Origin: Acidobacteriota bacterium
GTDB taxonomy: Bacteria > Acidobacteriota > UBA890 > WLXD01
NCBI GenBank assembly: GCA_965248695.1
Contig: CBDFKD010000002.1
Span: 2,592,001 to 2,656,000 of the forward strand
Length of the DNA: 64,000 nt
Direction of reading: 5' to 3'
Below are positions 1 to 9,721 of the stretch, in pieces (the first letter of the stretch is position 1; each line of letters starts with the position of its first letter). Below the pieces are notes generated by a model that was given only the letters and a program-made list of their open reading frames with translations, had not been told where the DNA came from and did not search any database. Made by a program: the position numbers and the translations under genes.

Positions 1-772
1 GAACGGTCGCGACCATGCCGGCCTTGGTAAGCACTTTGACGTCCGGCGGCAGGCGGCGGCCGATACGGGCCGCCGCCGCGTCGGGATCATGACCGGGATG
101 CAGCCTCACGAGGCCGAACTCGACGCGCTCGAGCGACGGCCGCCCTTCAGCGTCTAGCGGAAACGTCTGCGCGAAGCTCGTCGAGCTGACGACAACATGA
201 CCGTCGGCGCGAAAATTGGGCCCGAGCTCGAAGGTGCCAACGATACGGAACCGCCGGTCGTTGATCTCCGCCACAACGCCCTCCTGGAGCGGACCAAAGT
301 AATCCCGGGCCAAGGAGTCGACCGCGACGGTGTGTGGCTGCTTTAGCGAATCGAGCAACGGTTCGAGCTCGGGGATCGCCAGCGCCGGGGCGGCTGGATC
401 GATGCCGAGCACCACGATCGGATGCTCGGAGCGCGACGAAGAACTCTCCCAACGACCACCGTACTCCTGCAAGTAGACAGGGTGGACGGACGCGACGGCG
501 GTGTCACCGAGCGCAGCGTACAGGCGCGAGCGGTCGAACGGCTGGCCAATGTATGCCGATTCCTTGAACCGATCCACTACCACCAGGTCCGCATCGAAGC
601 GCTCGACTAGCTGGATCTGGCTATCGAACACGCAGGTGAGGAACCCCATCTCGACCAGCATGAGGAAAACGGCGAAGCCTACGCCACCGGCCGCGATAAC
701 AAAGCGTGCGGGACGGTGCCCGAGGTTGGCCCGCGCCAATGCGGCGGCGTTGGACGGCTGGCGATCGGTCAT
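1..772 (-). CDS. devC: DevC/FtsX-like ABC transporter permease, second paralog (partial, runs off window start)
   Basis: Not in the ORF track. Manual translation from ATG at 772, just after the TGA of 774..1910, gives MTDRQPSNAAALARANLGHRPARFVIAAGGVGFAVFLMLVEMGF...FDADLVVV. This parallels the N-terminus of the neighbouring permease (LAWANLTHNKRRTAAALAGV...LMFMQLGF...FDAVLV). Confidence 0.75.
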   Translation of the reverse strand, partial: MTDRQPSNAAALARANLGHRPARFVIAAGGVGFAVFLMLVEMGFLTCVFDSQIQLVERFDADLVVVDRFKESAYIGQPFDRSRLYAALGDTAVASVHPVYLQEYGGRWESSSSRSEHPIVVLGIDPAAPALAIPELEPLLDSLKQPHTVAVDSLARDYFGPLQEGVVAEINDRRFRIVGTFELGPNFRADGHVVVSSTSFAQTFPLDAEGRPSLERVEFGLVRLHPGHDPDAAAARIGRRLPPDVKVLTKAGMVATV

Positions 773-773
773 G

Positions 774-1910
774 TCAGAACAGATCCGCCGGGTCTGCAGC
801 GCCGAGCTTGCGGGCCGCCAGCAGCGCGGCGCCGACGCACATGATCATCGTGAGCGTCAGGATCCTGAAGCTGGTGCCTACCGTCATCATCGCTGGCAGG
901 TTCGCCTGCTGGCGCACCGCGAAATAGACGATCTGCGCGATCAGCCACGCCGGTACGTAGCCCAGCGCGGCGAGCAGGATCCCCTCCTCCACGACGACGC
1001 CGTACAACGCCCGCCGCGAGTAGCCGACGGCCTTCAAGGTAGCGAGCTCATCGAGGTGGCGGGCGACCTCCGCGGACAGGATCTGATAGAGAATCGCGGC
1101 ACCGACGATGAAGCCGATCGCCAGACCGGTGGTGAAGATGAAACCGGTGGGACGAACTCGTAGGTAGAAACGCCTTTCCTGTCGTTCTAGCCGGGCCCGG
1201 GACCACACCTCGACATCTCCGCCCGTGAGCGTCGACTGCAGATCTTGGAGCACCGCTCGGTCGGCTCTGGAACCATCGAAGCGGACAAGCCCGACGTTGA
1301 TGCGATCGAGCGAGACGCCACGAAGCAGACGCGCATATGTCGCGTCGCTGGCTGCCACAATCGCTCCGGCAACGACCCCGGCGGAGCCCGGAACGGTGCC
1401 CACGGCCACCACGCGCCGACCATTCGCCTCGCCAACGGTGCCGACGCCGTGCATGCCGAACCACTCCTTGGTGGTTTCCGACACCAGCACCGTGTCGAGC
1501 CGGCTCAGCAATCGGACCCGGGCGTTCAGGTCGGCCGAGTGGAAAATATCCGCCCCGGGCCGCAATCCCAACAAGAGCGACTCGGAGGGCTTGCGGGTCT
1601 CCGGTGGTCGCCACGTGGCGAGTGCCACGTAGAGCGGCTCAACGTCGGCTACACCCGCCACGGCGCCGGCGCGATAGGCGTGCGCACGGGAGAATGCCGG
1701 AGCGTTGCGAAGGAAGAGGTACTGCGGCGAGACGAGCACGGCATCGAAGGGCATGCTGTCGTACAGCTGCATCGCGGAACGCTCCACGCCCTCGTAGAAC
1801 CCGAGCTGCATGAACATGAGCTCGATCGCCAGGACGACTCCGGCAAGAGCAGCCGCCGTCCGGCGCTTGTTGTGGGTGAGGTTCGCCCATGCGAGCGAGA
1901 TCCTGTTCAC
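774..1910 (-). CDS. devC: DevC-family ABC transporter permease (MacB/FtsX-like)
   Basis: N-terminal LAWANL...LMFMQLGF, ELATLKAVGYS motif, C-terminal TM helices and ADPADLF end typical of DevC. Confidence 0.85.
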   Translation of the reverse strand: MNRISLAWANLTHNKRRTAAALAGVVLAIELMFMQLGFYEGVERSAMQLYDSMPFDAVLVSPQYLFLRNAPAFSRAHAYRAGAVAGVADVEPLYVALATWRPPETRKPSESLLLGLRPGADIFHSADLNARVRLLSRLDTVLVSETTKEWFGMHGVGTVGEANGRRVVAVGTVPGSAGVVAGAIVAASDATYARLLRGVSLDRINVGLVRFDGSRADRAVLQDLQSTLTGGDVEVWSRARLERQERRFYLRVRPTGFIFTTGLAIGFIVGAAILYQILSAEVARHLDELATLKAVGYSRRALYGVVVEEGILLAALGYVPAWLIAQIVYFAVRQQANLPAMMTVGTSFRILTLTMIMCVGAALLAARKLGAADPADLF

Positions 1911-3043
1911 GACCCGCCGGCGGGCGTTCGATCGACCGGCCCGGTGTCGATGCGCACGGCAACCTGTAGGTGCACGAAGCGGCGCGCCGTGTCGCCGTCA
2001 TCCAGCCGCGCCCGCACCTCGACAACGCGGCTATCGGCCGGGCTGGTGGGGTCGATATCGAGCACGTCGTTCTTGAAGATCATCGAACCGACGCGCTCGA
2101 CCACTCCGAAGAGCTCGCCTGGTAGCGCCGAGCTAGAGATCGTGACCCGCTGCCCCTCACGAACCCATCGCACATCGGTCTCGTAGACCTCCGCGGTAAC
2201 GTACATGACCTGCGTGGCTCCCAGATACATCACCGGGCGACGACCGGTTTCCTCTCCGGGCCAGGTCTCGATCTCGAGCACTTCGCCGTCGATCGGCGCC
2301 TCGAGGGTCGACTGTTCGACGCGAGCCTGCGCAGCGGCAACCTGCTGCTCGAGCGCGTCGATTGCAACCGATTGCATGGCTCGCTCCCGGTTGGCCCGCG
2401 CCGCCGTGACGCGAAGATCGGCCGTCTCGATCGAGCGCTCATGATCCTGGGTCATCTCGTCGAGCAACTTGGCGGCCGCAAGGAGCTCCTCACTGAGGCG
2501 CGTCGCCAGCAGCACTTGATGGTCATATGCCTGCTCCGAACAAGCCGCCGATCCCTCGATTCTCCGGGTATCGAGCCGGGCCGCCTCCGTCTGCGCCTCC
2601 AGGCTCCGAACACGTGCTTCCTGGGCAGCGATCTTCAGCGGTCCCGAGGAGCGAATCTGTTTCGCAGACAGCTCTGCCTCTGCGATCGTCGCGTCGCCGT
2701 AATCGCGTTCGGCGATGTAGCGGCGTCGCTCGGAGTCGAGCAGATTACTCAGGCGCTGGTGCTCGGCGGCGCGCTCCTCATGGCTATCTAGATAGCCGAG
2801 GATGTCACCGGCGGCGACTCGCTCGCCCTCGACAACGAGGAGGCTGGCGACACGATCTCCCAGTCGTGCCCCGAGGTCGACGACGCCGTCCCCGGGCTCG
2901 AGTCGCCCTAGCGCCGCCACGGCCGGTGGAGCGACAAGTCCCACAGGGTCACCCGTGGACGCACTTCCACAGGCGCTCAACGCCACGGCGCCGACCAGGG
3001 CGAGGACCACGGGTCGGCAAGGGAGCCGGGCTTGATTGGACAT
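1907..3043 (-). CDS. devB: DevB/HlyD-family membrane fusion (adaptor) lipoprotein
   Basis: Lipobox-like LSAC, VAALGRLEP, coiled coil, APIDGEVL, AEVYETD, DSRVVEVR. Start moved to ATG 3043. Its stop overlaps the devC start. Confidence 0.8.
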   Translation of the reverse strand: MSNQARLPCRPVVLALVGAVALSACGSASTGDPVGLVAPPAVAALGRLEPGDGVVDLGARLGDRVASLLVVEGERVAAGDILGYLDSHEERAAEHQRLSNLLDSERRRYIAERDYGDATIAEAELSAKQIRSSGPLKIAAQEARVRSLEAQTEAARLDTRRIEGSAACSEQAYDHQVLLATRLSEELLAAAKLLDEMTQDHERSIETADLRVTAARANRERAMQSVAIDALEQQVAAAQARVEQSTLEAPIDGEVLEIETWPGEETGRRPVMYLGATQVMYVTAEVYETDVRWVREGQRVTISSSALPGELFGVVERVGSMIFKNDVLDIDPTSPADSRVVEVRARLDDGDTARRFVHLQVAVRIDTGPVDRTPAGGS

Positions 3044-3342
3044 CGTCACTACCACGGCATCATTCAGCACTGCAGCATCATATGGGCCCGTCTGCCATGC
3101 CTCCAGCGGCAGCTCGTAGCTGCTCGCACCGTGTCTCCGCCGGCGCCCCTCGTCCGAGGCTCCGGTATCGTGCTGCGTAGTGCGCTCCGACGCTCGAGGC
3201 GACCGCCACACTGGCCTCTCGACGTGTGTTTCGGGCTCGCGGAGCATTCGGATGGGGTACATGGCAGAGTAAGCCGTCGTGGCAGTCGATCGGCGTACTG
3301 GCCGCCGCACCGAGCTTGATCCTCACCTACAGAAAGGCGGTC

Positions 3343-4581
3343 ATGCCCCCTCGCGCCCCGGGAAAACTGGCTCTCGCCTTCGTGCTGATGACCGTTCTAC
3401 TCGATACGGTCGGGCTCGGGATCATCATTCCGGTCACCCCGGAGCTCATCATGGAGCTCACCGGGGAAGGGCTGAGCCGGGCAGCGATATTTGGCGGCTG
3501 GCTGGCGTTCGCCTACGCGATGATGCAGTTCGTGTGCGCCCCGATCCTCGGCAACCTCAGCGATCGGTTCGGTCGCCGCCCCGTACTGCTGTACTCGGTC
3601 GCTTCCCTGGGTATCGACTACCTGGTGATGGCGATGGCGCCGACGATCGTCTGGCTGTTCATCGGGCGCGCGCTGGCAGGGATCGCGGGAGCCTCGTTCA
3701 CCACCGCCTACGCCTACATCGCCGACATCAGCCCACCGGAGAAGCGGGCACAGAACTTCGGGCTGATCGGCGCCGCGTTCGGTGCCGGGTTCATTCTGGG
3801 TCCGGCGATCGGCGGACTGCTGGGTGGCTACGGGCCGCGCACTCCGTTCTTCGTCGCAGCCGGCCTGAGCCTGGCGAACTTCGTCTACGGCTTCTTCGTA
3901 CTGCCTGAGACCCTCGCAGACGACAAACGTCGCGACTTCGACTGGCGGCGCGCTAACCCGGTGGGAAGCCTCTTGCATATCCGACGCCACCCGGCGGTGC
4001 TCGGTATGCTCGCAGCGCTCTTTCTGTGGCAGGTCGCCCATCAGGTAATGCCGAGCATCTGGACCTACTACACGATGCTCAAGTTCGGCTGGTCGGAGGT
4101 CATGGTCGGCGTCTCGCTGGCATCGTTCGGGACGCTCATGGTGCTAGGCCAAAGCACCTTGCCACGGGTCATTGTTCCGAGGTTAGGGGAGCATCCCACC
4201 GCGTCGCTGGGGCTGATCGTCGGCGGCGCCGGTTTCGTCGGCTACGCGTTCGCGACGCACGGTTGGATGATGATCGCGCTGCAGTTCACCTGGCTGCTGG
4301 GCGCCCTGGTGATGCCATCGACCCAAGCACTCATGTCACAGCGCGTTCCTCCCGATGCGCAGGGTGAGCTTCAGGGGGCGGCGGCGAGCCTGTTCAGCGT
4401 CGCGGCGATCATCGGGCCTCCCCTAATGACACAGTTGTTCCGCCGTTTCACCGCAGCGGATGCAGCGGTCAACTTTCCGGGGGTCTCGTTCCTCCTCGCC
4501 GCCATGCTCGCCGTCGGTGCTTTCGTCATCCTGCGGGCAAGCGGCGGCGCACCCGCCGATCGTCCTCAAGAAACCGCCTGA
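3343..4581 (+). CDS. TetA-like DHA1 MFS efflux transporter
   Basis: [14 protein letters not shown], motif [34 protein letters not shown] (antiporter motif C), QGELQG; about 12 TM segments. Confidence 0.9.
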   Translation: MPPRAPGKLALAFVLMTVLLDTVGLGIIIPVTPELIMELTGEGLSRAAIFGGWLAFAYAMMQFVCAPILGNLSDRFGRRPVLLYSVASLGIDYLVMAMAPTIVWLFIGRALAGIAGASFTTAYAYIADISPPEKRAQNFGLIGAAFGAGFILGPAIGGLLGGYGPRTPFFVAAGLSLANFVYGFFVLPETLADDKRRDFDWRRANPVGSLLHIRRHPAVLGMLAALFLWQVAHQVMPSIWTYYTMLKFGWSEVMVGVSLASFGTLMVLGQSTLPRVIVPRLGEHPTASLGLIVGGAGFVGYAFATHGWMMIALQFTWLLGALVMPSTQALMSQRVPPDAQGELQGAAASLFSVAAIIGPPLMTQLFRRFTAADAAVNFPGVSFLLAAMLAVGAFVILRASGGAPADRPQETA

Positions 4582-4627
4582 AGCCAGTGGCCAACGCGAT
4601 CGATTGGCGCCATCAGGCGACCGTAAC

Positions 4628-6121
4628 GTGGTAGCTGACATCGGGCACGTGCACGACGTCGTCATCGTCGGCGGCGGACCGGCGGGATCGGCGGCGGGGC
4701 GATTGCTGGCGCTCTGGGGCTACGACGTCGTGCTCCTGACCCGCGGCCAGGACCCCGAGCGGAGCCTCGCGGTCTCGGTACCACCGAGTGCACGCAAGCT
4801 GCTGCGAGAGATCGGCGTGCTCGACGCGGTCGACGTCGCCGGATTCGTGCGCTCGACCGGCAACACGGTCTGGTGGGGTGGCGGTGAGCCGCGGTCCGAG
4901 CGTTTCGCCGGCGGCGAGACCGGCTACCAGGTGCGGCACGCCGAATTCGACCGCCTGCTCTTGGCCGCCGCCGAGACCGCAGGAACGACCGTTGTGCGCG
5001 ACGCGACGGTGGTCGACGTCGCCGTGGAACTCGAGCCTGCTTGCGCTCGCTATAGCACCGACACCGGCGAGCAAGAGGTCAGGGCCCGCTACGTGATCGA
5101 CGCGTCCGGGCGCCAGGGGGTCGTCGCACGAGCCCTGGAATGGCACGCAGAAACGGCCCCCTCGCGTACCGTGGCGCTCATCGGAACCTGGAGCCGCGAG
5201 ACACCGTGGGATCTCGCTGACGACACCCACACGCTGGTGGAGTCCTTCGCCGAAGGGTGGGCATGGTCGGTTCCCGTCGGCGCCGGACGACGCTATTTCA
5301 CCTGCATGCTCGATCCGGAGGTTTCGGAGCTGTCACGTGGCTCGATGCGCCAGCGCTATCTCGACGCACTGGGACGCACGACCGCCTTCAACCAACTGCT
5401 CGATGGCGCCGATCTCGAGGGGGAGCCCTGGGGTTGCGACGCCTCGTGGTACCGCGCCGAGCGCGTATGCGGCGATCGGTTCTTGCTGGTCGGTGACGCA
5501 GCGTCGTGCATCGATCCGCTGTCCTCGTTCGGGGTGAAGAAAGCCCTGGCGTCGGGCTGGCTGGCGGCGGTGGTGATCAACACCTGGGCGCAGGAGCCGA
5601 CGCTGCGAGAAGCGGCCTCGGCGCTGTTTGCCGATCGCGAGCGGCAGATGTACGACACCTTCCGTTCCCAGGCAGCGCGTTTCTTCGAGACGGTGGCGGA
5701 CGATCACCAGCATCCGTTCTGGACTGGTCGTGCTGGCGGCGCGGATCAGGAAACTCCGGAGGACGACATCGATACCCTCCGCCACGATGAGGCAGTGCTG
5801 AAGGCCTTCGAAGAGCTCCGAAACAGCCCGTCGATACAGCTGACTGCCGAAGCGGACGTACATGTAGTCAACCGACCCGCGATCGGCGATCGGCGCGTGG
5901 TGCTGGAGAAGCGTCTCGCAACACCGGCGCTTCCCGGTGGGCTGCGATTCTTGCGCGGCGTCGACGTGCCGCGCCTGATGGCGCTGGCTCCGGACAACCA
6001 GCAGGTACCGGACCTCTTCGCGGCCTACAACGAGCGCTGCGCACCGGTCCCCCTGCCTGACTTCATCGGTGCGGTATCGGTGCTTTTGGCCAAGGGCTTC
6101 CTTAGAAACGACGCAACGTGA
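4628..6121 (+). CDS. qhpG: QhpG-like FAD-dependent monooxygenase (Trp hydroxylation for CTQ cofactor)
   Basis: DVVIVGGGPAG, VIDASG, LVGDAASCIDPLSSFGVKKAL, C-terminal winged-helix-like tail; directly upstream of qhpA. Start approximate (GTG 4628). Confidence 0.8.
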   Translation: MVADIGHVHDVVIVGGGPAGSAAGRLLALWGYDVVLLTRGQDPERSLAVSVPPSARKLLREIGVLDAVDVAGFVRSTGNTVWWGGGEPRSERFAGGETGYQVRHAEFDRLLLAAAETAGTTVVRDATVVDVAVELEPACARYSTDTGEQEVRARYVIDASGRQGVVARALEWHAETAPSRTVALIGTWSRETPWDLADDTHTLVESFAEGWAWSVPVGAGRRYFTCMLDPEVSELSRGSMRQRYLDALGRTTAFNQLLDGADLEGEPWGCDASWYRAERVCGDRFLLVGDAASCIDPLSSFGVKKALASGWLAAVVINTWAQEPTLREAASALFADRERQMYDTFRSQAARFFETVADDHQHPFWTGRAGGADQETPEDDIDTLRHDEAVLKAFEELRNSPSIQLTAEADVHVVNRPAIGDRRVVLEKRLATPALPGGLRFLRGVDVPRLMALAPDNQQVPDLFAAYNERCAPVPLPDFIGAVSVLLAKGFLRNDAT

Positions 6122-6177
6122 TAGAACCCCACGGGCAGCCGCTCCCGCCCGGCATCCGCCGCTTGACTGAGGATTCG

Positions 6178-7923
6178 ATGATCAGAGGGACCGCTCTTCC
6201 GTCGGCTCGAATCCCGCTCCTGATCGCCTTTGTCGCCATCATCGGAGTCGGGATACCCGCGTTACCTGTCTCGACGTCCGCAGCACCGCTGCAATCGGAG
6301 AGCTCCGCGGACAGTGGAGACGACGACGACGCGGCCGGATTCCCGGTGACCGACAGCGCTACGGTGACCAACTGTGGCTCCTGCCACGCGGTGGACGAGG
6401 CGGGACGCATGACGCGAATCTCGTACATCCGCAAGTCACCGGAGGGGTGGCAGCAGACGCTCCGCCGCATGGTGATGCTCAACGGGGTCGAGCTCGACCC
6501 CGCCATGGCTCGCGACATCGTGCGCTATCTGTCCAACGACCATGGGCTCGCACCGGAAGAGGCCAAGCCCGGCGCCTTCGAGGCGGAACGGCGACTGATC
6601 GACCACGACTACACCGCCGACAAGGACACAGAGACGACCTGCATTCAGTGTCACTCCATGGGAAGGGTGATCACCGAGCGACGCACCGAGGAGGAGTGGG
6701 GGCTCCTCATGTCCATGCACCGTGGCTACTTCCCGTACGTCGATTTTCAGTCGTTCCGCAACACGGCGCGCTCTGGCCCAACCGACAGCAACCCCGACGC
6801 CCGGCATCCGATGGACAGGGCAATCGCGCATCTTTCCGAGGCTTTTCCGCTCGAGACCCCCGAATGGTCGGCGTGGTCGGCGAACCGACGCCCGGCGCGC
6901 CTCGCCGGTAGCTGGGCGGTGGCAGGACATTCTCCAGGGCGTGGCCCGGTGTACGGCACGGTCGAGGTGACCACCGTCAACGACAGCGACGACGAGTTCC
7001 GTACGCACGCCAACCTGATCAACCCACGCAGCGGCAACGAGACGCGGCGCAACGGGCGGGCGATCGTCTATACGGGATTTCAGTGGCGCGGCAGCTCGAG
7101 CGCTGAAGGCAGCACGGTAGGGGCGTTGCGCGAAGTCATGTTCGTCGAGCGCGACTGGCGCACGATCGAAGGCCGCTGGTTCACCGGCGCCTATGACGAG
7201 ATCGGCATCGACGTGACCCTGCACCGGGCCGATATCCCGCTGATCGCCGGGGTGTATCCGCAGGCGCTGCGCAACGATGCCGCCGCCCGCGAGGTGACGA
7301 TCTTCGGCGCCAACCTCCCATCCGGCCTGACCGCGGCGGATGTCGACCTCGGCCCCGGCGTCGAGGTCGACCGGTTGCTCGAGGCGAGTGACACCGTGAT
7401 TCGCGTTCTGGCCACTGCCGCCGCCGATGCCGCGATCGGCATTCGCGATGTGTTCGTCGGCGATATCGGGCGGACGGACGGCTTGGTCGTCTTCGACACC
7501 GTCGACTCGATCCGTGTGTCGCCGGACTGGAGCATGGCGCGCCTCGGAGGCGGGGTTGCACCGAAGGGGCTGGCCCAGTTCGAGGCATTCGGCACGTCCA
7601 ACGGCCCCGATGGCGAATCCGGGACGGACGACGACATCGACCTGGGGTTGGTGGAGGTCAACTGGAGCCTCGAGGAGTATTCGGCAACGTTCAACGACGA
7701 CGACCTGGCCTACGTCGGTAGCCTCGACGACAACGGCCTGTTCACGCCAGCGCTCGACGGGCCGAACCCCGAGCGCACTGGCGACCGTAACAACGTTGGT
7801 GACGTATGGGTGGTCGCGACTTATGGCGAGACGGACGGTGATCGACCACAACGCGGTCGGTCACACCTCGTTGTAACCGTGCCGCTTTACCTGAACTGGA
7901 GAGGATGGGAGCCCGGACAATGA
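6178..7923 (+). CDS. qhpA: Quinohemoprotein amine dehydrogenase alpha subunit (diheme c)
   Basis: Signal peptide, two CxxCH motifs (CGSCH, CIQCH), RISYIRKSPEGW, YTGFQWRG, GLFTPALDGPNP, LVVTVP; GAGGA RBS before ATG 6178. Confidence 0.93.
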   Translation: MIRGTALPSARIPLLIAFVAIIGVGIPALPVSTSAAPLQSESSADSGDDDDAAGFPVTDSATVTNCGSCHAVDEAGRMTRISYIRKSPEGWQQTLRRMVMLNGVELDPAMARDIVRYLSNDHGLAPEEAKPGAFEAERRLIDHDYTADKDTETTCIQCHSMGRVITERRTEEEWGLLMSMHRGYFPYVDFQSFRNTARSGPTDSNPDARHPMDRAIAHLSEAFPLETPEWSAWSANRRPARLAGSWAVAGHSPGRGPVYGTVEVTTVNDSDDEFRTHANLINPRSGNETRRNGRAIVYTGFQWRGSSSAEGSTVGALREVMFVERDWRTIEGRWFTGAYDEIGIDVTLHRADIPLIAGVYPQALRNDAAAREVTIFGANLPSGLTAADVDLGPGVEVDRLLEASDTVIRVLATAAADAAIGIRDVFVGDIGRTDGLVVFDTVDSIRVSPDWSMARLGGGVAPKGLAQFEAFGTSNGPDGESGTDDDIDLGLVEVNWSLEEYSATFNDDDLAYVGSLDDNGLFTPALDGPNPERTGDRNNVGDVWVVATYGETDGDRPQRGRSHLVVTVPLYLNWRGWEPGQ

Positions 7924-9371
7924 GCGTACGCAGTGAAGTCGCGTTGTCGATAGGTGAGTACCACTCTTTCGAAGCCGCCGGCCGCCAGTTCCTGTATATG
8001 GTTCCCAGCGCCGCGGTATTCGGCCTCGACGAGACTGCAGCCGCAGTGCTGGCGCGTCTTGACGAGCAACCCATGGCGGCTTCCCAGCTGGTAGAAGACC
8101 TCGCCGACCGCTTCGCCCCGGAAGCCGTCTACCACAGCGTCAACGAGCTCATGCAGGTGCGCGCGGTGGGCGAGTCGGACGCGGTCCCGCAGCCGTTGCC
8201 GCGGCAGATGCCACCGACGCCGTTCCCGCTGACCACGCTGGTGCTCAACGTTACCAACCAGTGCAACCTCAGCTGTGGCTACTGCTACGAGTACAGCGAC
8301 GACAAGATCGTCGACACCGAGAACGGCCGCCAGCCCAAGTTCATGAGCGAGGAGACGGCGCGCCAGAGCGTCGACTTCATGCTCGAGGAGTCGGCCGGGA
8401 TCGAGACCGTCCACCTGACGTTCTTCGGCGGAGAGACGCTGATGAACTTCCCGGTCCTCGCGGAGACGGTCGGGTACGCGCGCCAGCGTGCCGACGAGCT
8501 CGGCAAGGGCATCGAGTTCAGCCTGACGACCAACGCCACCTTGCTGCGCCCGGACATCATCGAGTGGCTCGCCGAAAACGAGATCGGCGTCACCGTGTCG
8601 ATCGACGGTCCCAAGGAGATGCAGGACCAACTTCGCGTCTTCAAGGGCACCGGCGGCGGCACGTACGACATCGTGGTTCCGAAGGTGCGTGAGCTACTGA
8701 AGCGTCACACCACCCGACCAATCGGCGCTCGGGTCACGCTGACCAAGAACGTCCTCGACGTGAAGCGCATCTACCAGCACCTGCGCGAGGAGATCGGCTT
8801 CTGGGAGGTCGGGTTCGCCCCGGTCACCACTTCCTGGGGCCGCGACTGGGCCATAGGCGACGACGGCTTCGACCTGATGCTCTCGGGTTTCAACGAGCTC
8901 GCCGAGGAGTTTCTCGAGGCAGCGCTACAGAACCGTCACCATGGCTTCTCCAACGTCAAGGACACGATCGAGGAGATCCACAAGGGTGTGAGCAAAGCCT
9001 ATCCCTGTGGCGCTGGCCTCGGGCTGCTCGGCGTCGCCACCGGTGGCGACGTGGCGCTGTGCCATCGTTTCGCCGGCTCCGACGAACACAAGCTCGGCAC
9101 GGTGAGCGACGGCATCGATCGCAGCGGCCAGCTGCACTTCCTCCAGACCCATCACGTCGACGACAAGACCGACTGCCAGAAGTGCTGGGCGCGGCCCCTC
9201 TGTGCTGGGGGCTGCTACCACGAGGCCCACACTCGCTACGGCACCACCCGCGGACCGAACCTGCACTATTGCGAGTGGATTCGCGCCTGGACCGACACCT
9301 GTTTGCGCGTCTATGGTGAAATAGCCGAGCACAATCCCGGCTACCTCGCCATCTTCGAAGGTAGGGACTAA
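7920..9371 (+). CDS. qhpD: QhpD radical SAM/SPASM thioether-forming maturase with N-terminal RRE
   Basis: CNLSCGYC, FFGGETL, YPCGAG...CHRF, CQKCWARPLCAGGCYHEA...C; ATGA overlap with qhpA. Confidence 0.95.
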   Translation: MSVRSEVALSIGEYHSFEAAGRQFLYMVPSAAVFGLDETAAAVLARLDEQPMAASQLVEDLADRFAPEAVYHSVNELMQVRAVGESDAVPQPLPRQMPPTPFPLTTLVLNVTNQCNLSCGYCYEYSDDKIVDTENGRQPKFMSEETARQSVDFMLEESAGIETVHLTFFGGETLMNFPVLAETVGYARQRADELGKGIEFSLTTNATLLRPDIIEWLAENEIGVTVSIDGPKEMQDQLRVFKGTGGGTYDIVVPKVRELLKRHTTRPIGARVTLTKNVLDVKRIYQHLREEIGFWEVGFAPVTTSWGRDWAIGDDGFDLMLSGFNELAEEFLEAALQNRHHGFSNVKDTIEEIHKGVSKAYPCGAGLGLLGVATGGDVALCHRFAGSDEHKLGTVSDGIDRSGQLHFLQTHHVDDKTDCQKCWARPLCAGGCYHEAHTRYGTTRGPNLHYCEWIRAWTDTCLRVYGEIAEHNPGYLAIFEGRD

Positions 9372-9721
9372 TGAAGCATCTGAAACCAGTCAACCAGAAG
9401 GCGGGACGGATCGAGCACCATCTGGCGCGCGACGTGGTGGCGCTGAGTGATCCGCAGGAGGGTCAGGGGGTTCCGCAGCAGCCCGACGAGCCACATATCC
9501 CGCTCGGATGCTCGCTGGTGTTCCAGCCCGGATGGGAGGTTGACCGCAGCGGCGGTACCGCCGGCCTGTGCGCACCGGTGGAGCGTGACCTGTTCGATTG
9601 CTACCTGGGCTGCTTCTGGCCGGCGCAGGTTCCCGATCAGCTCAACTACACGCCCGACTGGACAAAGACCTGCGCCGCAGCCCAGAAGGACTGGCGCAAG
9701 ATCGACCTGATCTTCCCGTGA
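9371..9721 (+). CDS. qhpC: Quinohemoprotein amine dehydrogenase gamma subunit (CTQ precursor with leader)
   Basis: Leader MKHLKPVNQKA...DVVAL; core GCSLVFQPGWEVD...LCAPVERDLFDCYLGCFWPAQVPD...DWRK with Cys/Glu/Asp/Trp spacings of QhpC. Confidence 0.95.
   Translation: MKHLKPVNQKAGRIEHHLARDVVALSDPQEGQGVPQQPDEPHIPLGCSLVFQPGWEVDRSGGTAGLCAPVERDLFDCYLGCFWPAQVPDQLNYTPDWTKTCAAAQKDWRKIDLIFP

Noticed and set aside
3343-4581. Bona fide tetracycline resistance gene tetA
   Set aside because: Only family-level motifs; no tetR and no mobile context, so the substrate cannot be assigned.
4628-6121. Flavin-dependent halogenase (GWAWSVP resembles WxWxIP)
   Set aside because: Its position in the qhp operon and the C-terminal winged-helix-like tail fit QhpG better.
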